Shown one piece after another: positions 1 through 14,239 of a DNA stretch of 64,000 bases. This DNA is from the human T2T-CHM13v2.0 reference genome, Homo sapiens: assembly GCF_009914755.1 (NCBI RefSeq), contig NC_060929.1. One strand, given 5' to 3'. The stretch's first letter is position 1, and each line of letters starts with the position of its first letter. The notes beneath the pieces were generated by a model. The model was not told the origin of the DNA and did not search any database. It worked only from the letters and a program-made list of their open reading frames with translations. The position numbers were made by a program, and so were the translations under genes.

Positions 1-109
1 AGGTTATGCCTTGTCCGTTATTTTTGGTTTTTTTCCCCCATACTCTATTTTGCATTCAGTGAGCTCTTTATTTTATTGTGTGATTATTGTTCTCAAGTTT
101 CCATTGGAG

Positions 110-320
110 GAGGATAATGGCACAGAATAGGTCACATCCTAGATTCTGATTCTAGTGACATCACTGATAAGCCATGTTACTGTTACAAATCCTTTTGAGA
201 CTTAGTCACCCCATCTCTTCAGAATGAGTATCATAGCCCGTGCCTATTTAACCAAGTCCTTGTAGATAAGATCAAATGAGATAATAGATATGAGAAAGTT
301 TCAGAAATGGCAAAGCCATT
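110..320 (+). mobile_element. MIR-family SINE fragment
   Basis: Degenerate MIR core and tail (aagatcaaatgagataatagatatgagaaag). Confidence 0.5.
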
Positions 321-394
321 TCAAACACAAAACATTGTATCTAAAGAGAAAAATGCTGGAGTGAGAAGGGTAGAGATTTAATACAAAGGAGGGA

Positions 395-1100
395 TTGATG
401 ATTGATGATTGATTGATTGAGTCAAGAAATTTTTACTGGGTACTCGTTGTATGCTTTATATTATGCCAAACATCATGGGGTATACAAAAAAGTAATTCAC
501 AGTCCCTAGGCTCAAGTTGCTCCCAATCGAGTGGACACTGAAGACTGGAGATATACATAAGGAAGCAGAAATACAAGTCAACAAAAACAGGTCAATGAGG
601 AGATAAGCTGCAAGGCAGATGCCAACAGGAAAGCAACAGGGAGAGGGAGGCAGACACAGGAAGGGGAAAAACATTGCCGGAAGGAGATGTAGGAGTGGAG
701 TGTGATGGGAGGAAGATAAAGAGCAATGCAGAGAGGGCCCCCGGGGAGATCAGGTGTGGAAATGAATACACCAAGAGGAAGAGATGAGTGATGAGGGGAG
801 ATGGAGATCATATGGGTGAAATGGCAAGATACAGCTTGAATGGTCTCTGAAGGAGAGTAGAATTTGCAACTACAAAGGAGATGAGGCATTATGAGTAAAG
901 GGCACAGTCATGCATGGACATTGAGATGAGCATAAGGTGAGAGGACAGTGAATAGAAAAGTGAGAACCTAGCAGAAAGTTGCAGAACTGAGTTGTGGATT
1001 TGGGGAACAACTCCAGTCCTAGAGGTGAAGGAGTTGGAATTCTTTTTGTTTTTTGTTTGTTTTTGGTAGACCACTGAGAATATTGAGGCATTCTTAGCAA
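395..1100 (-). mobile_element. L2 LINE fragment with a (GATT)n-like tail
   Basis: Reverse-complement L2 3' end followed by a purine-rich L2 body. Confidence 0.55.
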
Positions 1101-1105
1101 AGAAG

Positions 1106-1357
1106 AGTTTGACTTTTAACCTTTTTGGCCAGGACCTGCAGTAAGAAATACTTTCAATTTAGCAACCCAATACATACATATATAAAACTTCTGTAAAACA
1201 AAAGTTTTACAAAACACATTTTAACTTTACTTGATGAGATTCACTCTGTTTTCTGTCTTACTTTTCTTTCTTCTTTTTTCTTAAATGGTGGTCCCAACCC
1301 ACTAAGTTGATCCCCAGAAGCAGTAATGTGTCTCAATCTATAATTTGAAAAACACTG
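1106..1357. mobile_element. hAT-Charlie family non-autonomous DNA transposon
   Basis: Charlie-type terminus ...aacccactaagttgat...tttgaaaaacactg. Confidence 0.55.
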
Positions 1358-2709
1358 TTATAAAGGGGATGATTTGGGATTAATCTGCTGGTGTTGTGCA
1401 ACATGAGTCAGAAAAGCAAAGTCCCTCTCATTGGGTCACTCTTCCTCTTGATCATCTCATAACTAATCTAAATACAGTTCACTCTGAAAGTTTGACCATT
1501 TCTCATGAGCTTAATGAGTTCCTTAGACTAAAATCTATCCCTGGATGGCCACAAGAACACTTCCACCAAATATTCTTAGAGCCACCCAGGAGAAAGTTAC
1601 CTGGCTGGTGTACGGTCTCCTGTGGCAGCTTTTGAAGTTACCATCTCTGCCACAGGGCCTCTTCCCACTCTACTGATTAAACAATATGAAGAGTCTGAAA
1701 AAAATGATAACTTTTTTTCTTAATCCTCTTAGGACCTCGGAAAGATAAGAATGGGAAATAATAGATCCCCAAAGAAAGAGAGGGAGGAAACCTGGGAGAG
1801 GGTTGGCAGGTTGGCTTCCCAAGATGGTCTCTTCCCTGTCTTCCTGTGTTTTCTTAACTAGCTGGGCACATGCCAGGATGGGGAAGAAACTGCTACACAG
1901 ATGTAGGCTGTCTCTATGAATAAAAATGAAAACTGTTTGGTTAAAAAATATATATATGTATCTCCAAGCCAAGAATTGTTTAATGTCATTGATACATAGG
2001 AGGCAGGCAACTGGCTAAATTTTTTAACACTCTAATAAATTACTTGGATATTGAGAAGACCAGGTTGTGAAAAGGGATGTTAGGATGATGGAAATGCATC
2101 AACAGGGTGACTTTCCCACTGCTCCATCGACTGGCACACACACAAACCCTTTCCATTCAGTAGACAGATGTAGCAAAGTTCCTGAAATTGTGAAGCAGAA
2201 TGTTTTATGTTCCTGTTCAAGTTCTTCCAGTGGTTTCTAATTGATTTTTTGCTCTCTGTTCAATAAAAACCCAGCTGTTGTCATAGCAACCAACACATGT
2301 GCATTCTTGGAGAGTCATTTACCTCGTTTAATGTGGCTTGTTCTCCTCATGGCTACACATGCTTCTACAAATGATCCTGAGGGACAATTTGTATTTTTAA
2401 AAAATGCTCTCACAATTTAAATTTAAAGATTTTAAAGGTCTTTGCTTTGTTTTTTAATTACTTGTACATTTTATTCTTCAGAATACCATCACATACACAC
2501 AAAAGTTCCACATTGTTTTTTAAAAGTCATTACCACATCTTGGCAGATGGCTCGAAATAACTGCTTTATCGATCTGGTAGCAATTAATTCTCCATTGTGG
2601 ATTGTTTTTTCTGTACAACATTCGCTCATCCTAATGAGGGTCCTTGATGGAACCAAGTTGTAATGGAGCTCTTTAAAAATTCTTGTATGGCAGCTGTCGG
2701 TCCCAATCC

Positions 2710-3200
2710 AGTTTAGTTCATCAAGCATTTATTAAGTGTTTACAATATGCCAGTTACTGGGAATGCAATGACAAATAACCCTACCTTCTAGGAGCAAACA
2801 TTGTAATGCCTGAGATAGACTACACAGACAAAGAATATTTTTCTGGCTTTCCCTTTCTCAGCCATTTTGTTTCATTTGATCCTTTGAGCACCCCTCCTTA
2901 CTGAATGCTGCTTCGTCAGCATTTATGACGTGGTGCTCTCTGTTCATCTCCTCCCTCTCCAGACTTGCATTTAGTTTCCTTGGTAGACTCCTCCTCCTTT
3001 ATCCATCTCCTGCACTCTGGCTTTCTATCCTCAGTCCACCACTCCTCTCTCTCTACACCCTCCCTTGGATGTTTCCATCCACTCCAAGGTTTTAACTGCA
3101 CCTCCAGACTAATGACTGCCAAATCATGTCCCAGGCCTGACCTCACACTGGCGCTTCAGGCGCCAACATCCACCTGCCAGCTGTGCATATTCAGTACTTC
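2710..3200. mobile_element. L2 fragments (minus-strand tail about 2710-2830; plus-strand ORF2 remnant about 2850-3200)
   Basis: aagcatttattaagtg... tail motif, then ttttaactgcacctccagactaatgactgccaaatc resembling the L2 RT region. Confidence 0.55.
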
Positions 3201-3210
3201 TGATTTAGAG

Positions 3211-3379
3211 TAGTGGTCTAATCATCTGCAGCTGAATTGGCTGGGGTTCATTTTCAAACGCACATTCATCAACCCAACTCAGACCTGCTGCATCAGAGTT
3301 TTTGAAGTTGAAGGCTAGACTCTACATTTTTAACAAGCATTTTTGTGACTTTTATACGACTAAATTTCCAGAACACTGG
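3211..3379. mobile_element. MER5 (hAT-Charlie) element
   Basis: cagacctgctgcatcagag...tctacatttttaacaagc, characteristic of MER5. Confidence 0.6.
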
Positions 3380-3412
3380 CTTTTGTGGGAAGCGAGTGTT
3401 TGGAGAGGGTAG

Positions 3413-3767
<355 letters not shown>

Positions 3768-4769
3768 TCCATGAGTGTTTTAACAGTTAGTCTATATGTA
3801 TGTACCTATAACAATATATAAGAATGTTTTTAAATTCTATATTAAATTTATAGTATGGTACTTATATATGTACAATCTCATAATTTAAGTTTTAAATGTA
3901 CAACTACTGTTTTAAATGAGAAAAAGATTTGGAGATACAATTAAAGATAGATTTTCCTAAAATAGAAGTAATTTATCTGGGAATAAGAACAAAGAAAGAA
4001 ATTTATAGAGGAGGATGGATTTGTATTGCCTTGAAACCACAGGTGAAAGAATACTTGAACCATTATTATAAGCTCGGAAAGGGCAGAAAATGCAGAAACT
4101 CCTGTTTTCCAAAAATGTAGTCAGAGAACCAAAGACTGCAGAGAAACTATAATTGCTTCTGAGGAGAAGTCATTATTAATAATTTGTAAGGAGCCAATTT
4201 TAAAGCGTTTTCAATTTGCATTAATATTTCTTCCTAAAACAAGTAACAGATAATATTCCCAATTCTCTCCACTCAAACAATTATCTTAATAGCCTCTGAA
4301 CATACGTATTACCAAATTCCAGATTCATCCCCCGTACCCTTCCTTCTTGTCCAGCACTGAACCCCATGAGAATTTCTGAAAGTACAAAATATTCTTATAT
4401 TTTGCCATTTTACCAAGCTCTATAATTTTTCTTCCCTTCTTTTCCCATTTAATGGCTCTTTTGATTATTCATCTGACAAATATCTATAATAATACTGCGG
4501 AGTCATAAAACGTGTATCTTCCCTCTCACGGAGCTTAAAGTGTGGACTGTGTTTCAGAAATAGACTCAAATATTATGAACACGTAAACAGGGCTGAGTGT
4601 AACTCAGAGGATAAAGGAAGGGCATGAAGTTCTATGAATGGGTAGTTACTTCTCTTTTTGGAAAATGAAGAATGACAAAAAGATACATTCTATGTCTATA
4701 TACTCCGAAACATATTGATTTGATAAATACTGGCTTAATTAAACAATTTCTTCAAGGAAATAATCTCTT

Positions 4770-5090
4770 GAAGTAGAAAGAGATACATTTAAGACAAATG
4801 AAAAAGGATATTCTTTCACCTAATAAAGAATATACTAATGGAACCAATTATCTCTGGAAGTGGAAGGTAGTGCAGGCGGGACATATAATTACTTCCCAAA
4901 AGGTCTAGATAAATCAATGCAGGCAGATCTACCATGGCTAATGGGGGGAGTTTGCATTCTGTGGGATATTTCTGTGTCACCAAGCACAAGAGTTTGGGTG
5001 TATTGACCATGCTACATCATATGTTGTGGTACCACTCTCAGAGACAAGATGACTGAAGTGACTGAAACATTATAACCTAGCCAGCAAAGT
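4770..5090 (+). mobile_element. Possible CR1/L3 LINE 3' remnant
   Basis: aaaggtctagataaatcaatg...gatctaccatggcta and ccactctcagagacaagat resemble the CR1/L3 3' end. Confidence 0.4.
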
Positions 5091-5445
5091 GGATTTTAAG
5101 AACCATGCTCTTGATTTCTACTGAGCCTGAATGACCCCAGCATGCCTGATTTGGGAACTCTAAGATTCTCTGATTCACTCCTATGAACTTTTCAGTTTAA
5201 ATCACCCTTGTCTCTCACTGCCAACCCAGGTAAGGGAGAGAAAGGCATTGACTACACTGTGAAATCATACGGTGGTGGAAGCCCTGAACTTGGATCCATG
5301 TGCTCTGGCCATAAGCAACCAATTTCTATTTATACAATTTCCACCAGGAAAAATTGTAATAGCAGCATCATCATACCTTCCATAACCACCAAGCTCCACT
5401 TCAGTCATCATACCCTTGGGACAATCTTGAGTCACGCAATAGGTC

Positions 5446-5745
5446 TTTTTTTTTAGAGATGGGATCTTGCTCTGTTGCCCAGGCTGGAGTGCAATAGTAG
5501 CATGATCATAGCTCACTGCAGCCTTGACCTCTTGGACTCAAGCAATCTTCCCATCCAAGCCTCCCAAGCAACTGGAACTATAGGCATGCACCACCATGCC
5601 TGGCTAATTCTTTTTTATTTTTTGAGAGACAGGGTCTTCACTATGTCACCCAGGCTGATCTGGAACTCTTGGGTTCAAGCAATCCTCCCACTCTACTTTA
5701 GCCTCCCATGACTGGGGTTACAGTCATGAGCCACTGTGCCTAGCC
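5446..5745 (-). mobile_element. AluJ
   Basis: AluJ diagnostics (gatcatagctcactgcagccttgacctc); degenerate TSD caataggtc / caataggac. Confidence 0.93.
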
Positions 5746-6409
5746 CACAATAGGACTTAACTGAATTTAGTTTTCTATCTTAAAGTCCAGGAGGAAGGTA
5801 GGGCATATGTAGCTGGTAAACCTATTTAAACTCCGACCTTGGACCCCACAATCTTTCAGTGATCCACACAATCCAATGGAAGATGCTAGAAAATAACTAG
5901 ATGATTACAAAGGATAAATTATCCTAAATCAACCATACTCAAATTCATAATTTCTCTTTTCAAAATGTGCTCACCTTTCTGGAACTTCCCCAACTAATAA
6001 ACTGAAAAACTCCTTAGCCAAGTGTGCTGTGATTTATAAGAAACCTCTGGAAATTCTTGGTATCTCACTCTATGTCCAAATTACACTGAGATGATTACCA
6101 CTAAATTGTACAGCAATTTTTCAGTACCTTTAGAGCACCACTTTAGGGAAGCTATAATCAGAACTACTTAAGGCGGTTCTCATCTGAATAACTAAAAACC
6201 AAGGTGTTAGAGAGTGTGCTATTTTATTTGCTTGTTTGTTACATTGAGACTGCTGATATTGGTAATAGCAGGGATATCAGGAGTCACTGCTAGGCCTCAG
6301 CACATTGAGGGGACCTTGCTTCTTTCTCAAAAAAATAATAATAATAAAATAAGGAAAACCCAAGGGGGGGACAAGGAAACAAATCTAGAAGGAAGACTAG
6401 ATATAGAGA

Positions 6410-6583
6410 AAGGTTCTCGATCTTGGCTACACATTTCAGTAGGTTGGGAAGCTTTTAAAAATCCTAGTGACCAAGCTGCATCCCAAGCCAACTAAATTGG
6501 AATCTCTGGGCTGGGACCCAGACAACAGTATGTTTTTTAAGTCCCAGGTTATTCCAATGTGTAGACATGATTGAGAACCACTG
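6410..6583. mobile_element. MER5A
   Basis: TIR ends aggttctc...ttgagaaccactg and internal gaatctctggg. Confidence 0.8.
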
Positions 6584-7004
6584 ATTTACAGAAAAAACAA
6601 GGGGCAGATTAGCCCAGAGAGCCAGCAGAAGGAAGCTGTAATTGGTTCCACCCTTCATGGTGGGGCTCGTGCTGCCCGGCCACAGGGAGCTGGTCTTCCA
6701 GGATGGATTCATGCTGAAGCTTTCATGCACCCTAGTCTAGTCCCCATGTGGCCAATAGGTGCATGGATTTTACAGAAGGCTATTGGGGATCAGAAGAGGA
6801 GTATGAGGTTATACAACAGAACGTAATTATTAGGACCAATGTAAATTTAGCAAAGTCCACTTGTAATTGCATAACAACCACTGAGCTGAAATAAATGAGC
6901 CAAAGATTCTTTTCTTAAACTACAGTGGGGTCACACTAGGAGTTTATTTCTTTTGGGGGGCAGGAGATAGACACTTCAAAATAGAACTCATGAATATATT
7001 ACGG

Positions 7005-7888
7005 GACTTTATTCATTTACTAATGTATTCATTTATTCAGTATTATTGAGCACCAACTATTGGTCAAGGCACTAGGAGTTAGGAAACAATAAGACCAAAT
7101 TTCTGTCACCCCAAAGGAGAGTCTGAGAGACACATAAAGACTTTCAAAAGACAGCATATAATTGTTGTAATAGAGGCATGGACTCAGTGCTAGAGGAGCT
7201 TAAAAGATTAAGAATGTCCCTGTTTGGAGGCTCTGAGAAAGGTCACACTGTGGAGACAATGTCTGAACCATGTCTTGAAGTATGAATAGGATTTTGATAG
7301 TTAGACAAACAGGTGATGGTCTCCCTAGGCGTAATAAATAGTATTCTGGAGGGATCTAAGCCTGGAAAAGTTGACATCATATATCATGGAGAACCTTGTT
7401 TGAAAGAATCAAAAACTCGGGCTTTGTCCTATACATGCTGAGGATCCTAAGTTTTAAACACTGGAGTGACAAGATCAGATTTCATTTTGGACCAATTACA
7501 CTGGCAATATTCCAGAAATTAGGGTGTTTAAGATCAGCAGGAGTACAAAAAGAAAATATTAATAGCTCTATTTATTCGTACCTCAATTTTTTTTCAGTTA
7601 TTGGGTATGTTTTATAATGTACTACTGGAATAGTACATTATATAATTTATGAAATATTCATGTATTAGGGCAGTACTGTTTTTTGAAACTAAGAATTATA
7701 AAACAACATATGTTTGGAGACCACTGGCTAAAGGATAGACTGGAGGGTAAGGACAGGAAGCAGAGATTCCAATAAGAAGCTGATGCTATTGGGTAAATTA
7801 TGGCGAGGCCTAAAGCAGGGGTTCCCCACCCTGGCTGTACATTCGAACCACCTAGGTAGCATTTTAAAAACCATGGCACGGACCCCAT

Positions 7889-7929
<41 letters not shown>

Positions 7930-8350
7930 TAAGTAAATCAGAATATCTGAAGCTGAGGTACAAACATGAGTGTTTTTAGCTCCTTAGGTGATTCTAATGT
8001 ACAGCCATGGTTGAGAACCCTTGATTTAGGCCCTCACCATGTCTCACCCAATTGTGTTAAAGTTGAGGACCACAGACCTAAACCAAGCAGTGGCACTGGG
8101 GATACAAACAAGGAATTAGAGGCATAAAAGATGATGGAGGTACCTGGCCTGAGTAACAGATTAAAATCATTGTGGAGGGAGAATTTCGGAGTAAAATCAA
8201 CACACTAACAGGCAGAAGGGAAGACATCCAGAAAAGTCAGAGAGTAGAGAGTCAGGATAGTGGAGATACTTAGGTGGTCAGTCATGAAGGCAAATGGGAC
8301 AAGATCTAGAAAATACATTGAAAGAACTAGTCTTAAATCTAAGCAATGCA
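7005..8350 (-). mobile_element. Fragmented L2 (interrupted by MER5A)
   Basis: attcatttattcagtattattgagcaccaactat tail; reverse L2 body motifs up to about 8350. Confidence 0.6.
7816..8023. mobile_element. MER5A with an internal (CA)n microsatellite (about 7891-7926)
   Basis: Long terminal inverted repeats: tggctgtacattcgaaccacct / aggtgattctaatgtacagcca. Confidence 0.85.
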
Positions 8351-9522
8351 ATCCATAATTTTAAATATGACAGTAAATTACTATTTAAATGCTTTGATAA
8401 GCATTGATCCACAAATGATCCATGAGGTGATACACATAGGAGGACAGTGGGAATTTGGAGGCTCTTTAGGAAGAAAAAGACAACATTGCATATTGCATAG
8501 AGAGGTGACCACCCCTTTCTTTTTAATGAAATCGAAATAGATTTCTAAGAGTTGCCTTCATTCAATGTCTTTTTGATAACACAAGAAATTAGTTCAAAAA
8601 AGTAAATAACATCATTAAGAACTGGCCATTGTAGCTACCTATGTCTGCATTGTTAACCTTCTTTTTAGCAAAAGACCATGGCTGATTTAATGGTTTGGTG
8701 GTTCACACACATTTATAGCTAATTTCATGTCATAGATTTCAGCCTATCGTTACAGTTTCAGTCCAGCTTGCCAAGGATCATTTAGTAAGCTGGGCACCAA
8801 AGCCAGAGAAACATGGACAGCCCTAGTGGTGGGCATGCACCCACCTTGGCTATCTTAAAGCTTTTCTGTTGAGCTCAGACCTGCAATGTTGCCTCCAGCC
8901 ACTTCACTTTAATGAAGGATGATGGTTTTTTCCTTCAGTTTTAATCCTTTCCCTCTTACCCCTGCAAAAACAATTCTGTAATAAAGCCAGGTTGTGCAGC
9001 CAGAAACTCTAATGAGGTTAACATTGCCCTAAAGCCTATTTTTAAAACTCAAACCACCTGTTCCAAATATGCATTAGCTCTGTTCTTCAGCAGCTTTTAA
9101 AGATTTATTTAACTCTCAATTGAAGTATTTCTCAAAGAATGAAAATTGCCAACCTCTGGGTTCAGCAGGGAATCCCAGTGATGCTACTAAAATGTTCTAA
9201 GTACCTATCTGCACACACCTCTGAGGAGAAGCACTGCCACCCTACCATTATATCCCCAGGCTCACTTTCTTTTTGGCTAAGTATTCCCAAGAGGTATAAA
9301 CTAAACCAACATTGTACATTTTAATGTGTTTGGGTTGGTTTAGGTGTGGTCATATCCATGGGCTGGGAAGGGAAGGGACTGCTGTTTGTTTGCCCTGGTT
9401 CTTGTCTCTTTTGTGCTTCCCAGTTCCTGTTAACCTGATCTTTATTTCATAATCTTATGGATCTCCACTCTCCCTTCTGGCAGCTGAAATTCACTCCTCA
9501 GAAACTGTCTGTTCCTTATGAA

Positions 9523-9654
9523 TAAAGTGACCATGCATCCCAGTTTGCTCAGGACAGTCCTGTTTATGTTCATTTCCCAGTGTAAGTATTAATAGCATCC
9601 CCTTTCAATCTCAAAAGTGACTCAGTTTGGAGAACAAATGGTATGGTTATCCAA
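9523..9654. mobile_element. MER94-like hAT-Blackjack MITE
   Basis: gtgaccatgcatcccagtttgctcaggacagtcc...tattaatagcatcccctttcaatctcaaaagtg matches the MER94 pattern. Confidence 0.7.
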
Positions 9655-11750
9655 TCCATGAAACCCCACCCATGCAGCATCTTTGAGTGATAAACTCCAC
9701 TTCCTCTTTGTTTTTTATGCTGCCCTTCTTCTAAACCTCTACTTATTTTTTCTCACATTCCCCAGTGAATAAACTCTCAAGACTCTGGCAAATCCCTATT
9801 TTACTGAGACTCTGGCACATCGCTATTTTACTAATTGCCTTCCTTAACCAACTCCACTAATCTAGGTGTTCTTTCCTATACTCCTTCTTACTAATCCAGA
9901 TCTTACCAACCTTTGACCCCTGAGTTTCCCCATTCTCATGATTCTGACAGCTCCAAGGGACATCAATATGCAAAGTGCCCTTCTTCATTATGAAGAGCTT
10001 CCAAAGCCCCACTGTCTATCTGTTACTTGTGGATCAAAGCTTATCCTCTAACAAACGTTATGTTTACATGTCTCCTGTCCCATCTCGACAGACAAAATTG
10101 TCTAGCCCTCATTTTTCTACCTGGATTTGGCTCAGAACTTCACCTTTGCTCCTTCTCTTAGAATGATCTTCCAAGCTGTGCCCTTTTCTCATTCACACAA
10201 ACTTGCAAACACATTTGGTGAAATGTTTAAAAATTAATCCAGGTCCATGTAACCGAAATCTGTATAAACTGCCAGCTTCATTTTTTATTTGTTTTTCTTT
10301 TTTAACAAAAAAAAGCATAAATAGCAGTATTACTTACCAAAATTAAAGTCAGATATAAGAAATATAAACTGCAGTATTTGGATTTGGATTTAATTAATCT
10401 GCTAAGTGTTGAGAGCTGAAAAAGATTAAATCAAGGATGGCTTTCTCACACTAAATTGTGGAATCTGTGCTTGGATGCAGCTGGCAGAAACCATCTCTGT
10501 TCATCAGCTTTGCACACTGGCCAGTGTTATTTCCTTTCTCCCAGGGTAAAATTATTAGGGCGGGGAACAGTAGAGAAACAAATCACACTAACCAAACTCA
10601 CAGGGGACAGATTTCTAATTTAAAATGCCTTTTATCATGCTCTGCGAAATGTAAATGTCACACAGTTGGTAATATTCCTGTTAGACAATCAGTGTATCCT
10701 TTTATCAATAGAAAAAATACCCTTAGAAAGGCTATCAATTTATTATGGTTTCTTAGTGGTTCTAGATCAAAGAAAAGGGAATCCAATGATGTTCACTCAT
10801 ATATTTCTTTATTTTTAAAATTAAATTAAATTAATTTTTTTTTACAAATTATGATGTTTCATATTCATAGAATACATAGTGAATTTTTGATACATATAAT
10901 GTATTGTGGTCAGATCAGGGTAATTAACATACATTTATCATTTCTGTGTTGGGAACGTTCAGTATTCTCCTTCTCGCTATTTGAAACTATACAATGTATT
11001 ATTGTTAACTACAGTTATCCTACAGTGGTACAGAACACTAGAACTTACATCCCTTATCTGGCTGTAATTTTGTATCCTTTAACAAATACTTCCTTGTGCC
11101 TCCCTTCCCCCACACCCTTCTCAATGTCTAGTATCTTCTGACTACTTTTTACTACTATAAGATCAACTTTTTTTAGCTTCCCCATGTGATTGAAAATATG
11201 CACTGCTTAACTTTCTGTTCCTGGCTTTTTTCACTTAATATAACGTCCTCCAGTTCTACCCATATTGCTGTGAATGACAGGCTTTCATTTTTTTATAGTT
11301 GGGCATATTTCATTGTGTATATACACCACATTTTTTAATCTATTCATCTGTTTTTGGACACTTAGGTTGATTCCATATCTTGGCAATTGTGAGTATGCTG
11401 CAATAAGCACGGGGGTGCAGAAGTCTCTTTGATATACTGATTTCCTTTTATTTGAATAAATGCTAAGTAGTGAGTTTGTTAGAGCCTATGGTAGTTCTAT
11501 TTCCAGTTTTTCTGAGACACCTTCATACTGTTCTCCATAGTGGTTATACTAGTTTACATTCTTACCAACAGTGTATAAGAGTTTTCTTTTCTCTGCATCC
11601 TCACCAACATTTGTTATTTTTTGTGTTTTGATAATAGCCATCCTAACTAGGGTGAGATAGATGATACCTCACTGTGGTTTTGATTCACATTTCTCTGATG
11701 ATTGGTGATGTTGAACATTTTTTGATACATTCACTGGCCATTTTTATGTC

Positions 11751-12428
<678 letters not shown>

Positions 12429-12668
12429 CTTGGTTCAATCTTTGTTGGTTGTATGTGTGCAGGAATTCATTCATTTCCTCTAGTTCTTCAAATGTATTGG
12501 CATATAGTTGTCCATAGTAGTCTCTTATGATCCTTTATATTTCTGTGGTATACATTTTGATGTCTCCTTTTTGTCTCTGACTTTATTTATTTAGGTCTTA
12601 TCTCGTTTTTTCTTCGTCTAGCTAATGATTTGCCAATTTTGCTTATTGTGTTATAAAAACAACTTTTT

Positions 12669-12976
<308 letters not shown>

Positions 12977-13914
12977 TCATCTTTTATTAATCTTTTATTC
13001 TTAATTTCTTTCTTCACCCACTTGTCATTCAGTAGCATATTGTTTAATTTCCATGTACTTGTGTTGTTTCAAATGATCTTCTTGTTATTAATATCTAATT
13101 TTGTTTTATTGTGGTCAGGTAAGATACTTAATATAATTTTAGTTTTTAAAAATTTGTTAAGACTTGTTTTGTGTTCTAATATATGGTCAATCCTGGAGAA
13201 TGTTCTACATGCTGATGAAAAAATATGTATTCTGCAGCTGTTGTGTGAGATGTTCTATCAATGTCTGTTAGGTCCATCTGGTTTGTGGCATAGTTTAAAT
13301 CTGATGTTTCTTTGTTAATTTCCTGTCTGGATGATCCAATGCTGATGGTGGATTGTTGAAATTCCCAACTATTATATTATTGAACTATTATATCACTGGG
13401 GTCTATCTTTCCCTTTACATCTAATACTTGCTTTATGTATCTGGGTGCTGTGGTGTCAGGTGCATATATATTTATAAGTGTTATATTATTTTGCTGACTC
13501 AATCTTTTTATTATTATATTGTATCCTCTGTCTCTTTTTATAGCTTTTGACTTGAAGCATTTTTTTTTTAACTGCTGCAAGTATAGCTATCCCTGCTTAC
13601 TTTTGGTTTCTGCTTGAATGGAACATCTTTTTCCAATCCTTCACTTTTTGTCTATGTGTGTCTTTACAAATGAAGTGAGTTTTTTGTAGGTAGCATATAA
13701 TTGGGCCTTGATTTTTTTTTAATCTATTCAGCCTGTCTATGTCTTTTAAATGGAGAATTTAAGCCATTTACATTCAAGGTTATTATTTCATAGGTGAGGA
13801 ATTACTCCTGTCATTTTACTGATTGTTTCCTGGTTGTTTTATATATCTTTTGTTTCTTATTTCCTCTTTTATTATTTATTTTTGTGGCTGGGTCCCTATC
13901 TGTAATGATAAGTT

Positions 13915-13916
13915 TT

Positions 13917-13951
<35 letters not shown>

Positions 13952-14239
13952 TTTTTTGAGACAGAGTTTTGCTGTTGTTGCCCAGGCTGGAGTGCAATGG
14001 CACAATCTTGGCTCACCACAACACCCGCCTCCCAGGTTCAAGATATTCTCCTGCCTCAAACTCCCAAGTAGCTAGGATTACAGGCATGCACCACCATGCC
14101 CTGCTAATTTTGTATTTTTAGTAGAGATGGGGTTTCTCCATGTTGGTTAGGTTGGTCAAGAACTCCCAACCTCAGGTGATCCACCCGCCTCGGCCTCCCA
14201 AACTGCTGGGATTACAGACATGAGCCACTGCACCCAGCC
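13915..14239 (-). mobile_element. AluSp-like element with a (TTTA)n tail inside L1
   Basis: ggtttctccatgttgg diagnostic; full dimer. Confidence 0.93.

Noticed and set aside
8804-8824. REST/NRSE-like sequence (catggacagccc)
   Set aside because: Only the right half-site matches; too weak to call.
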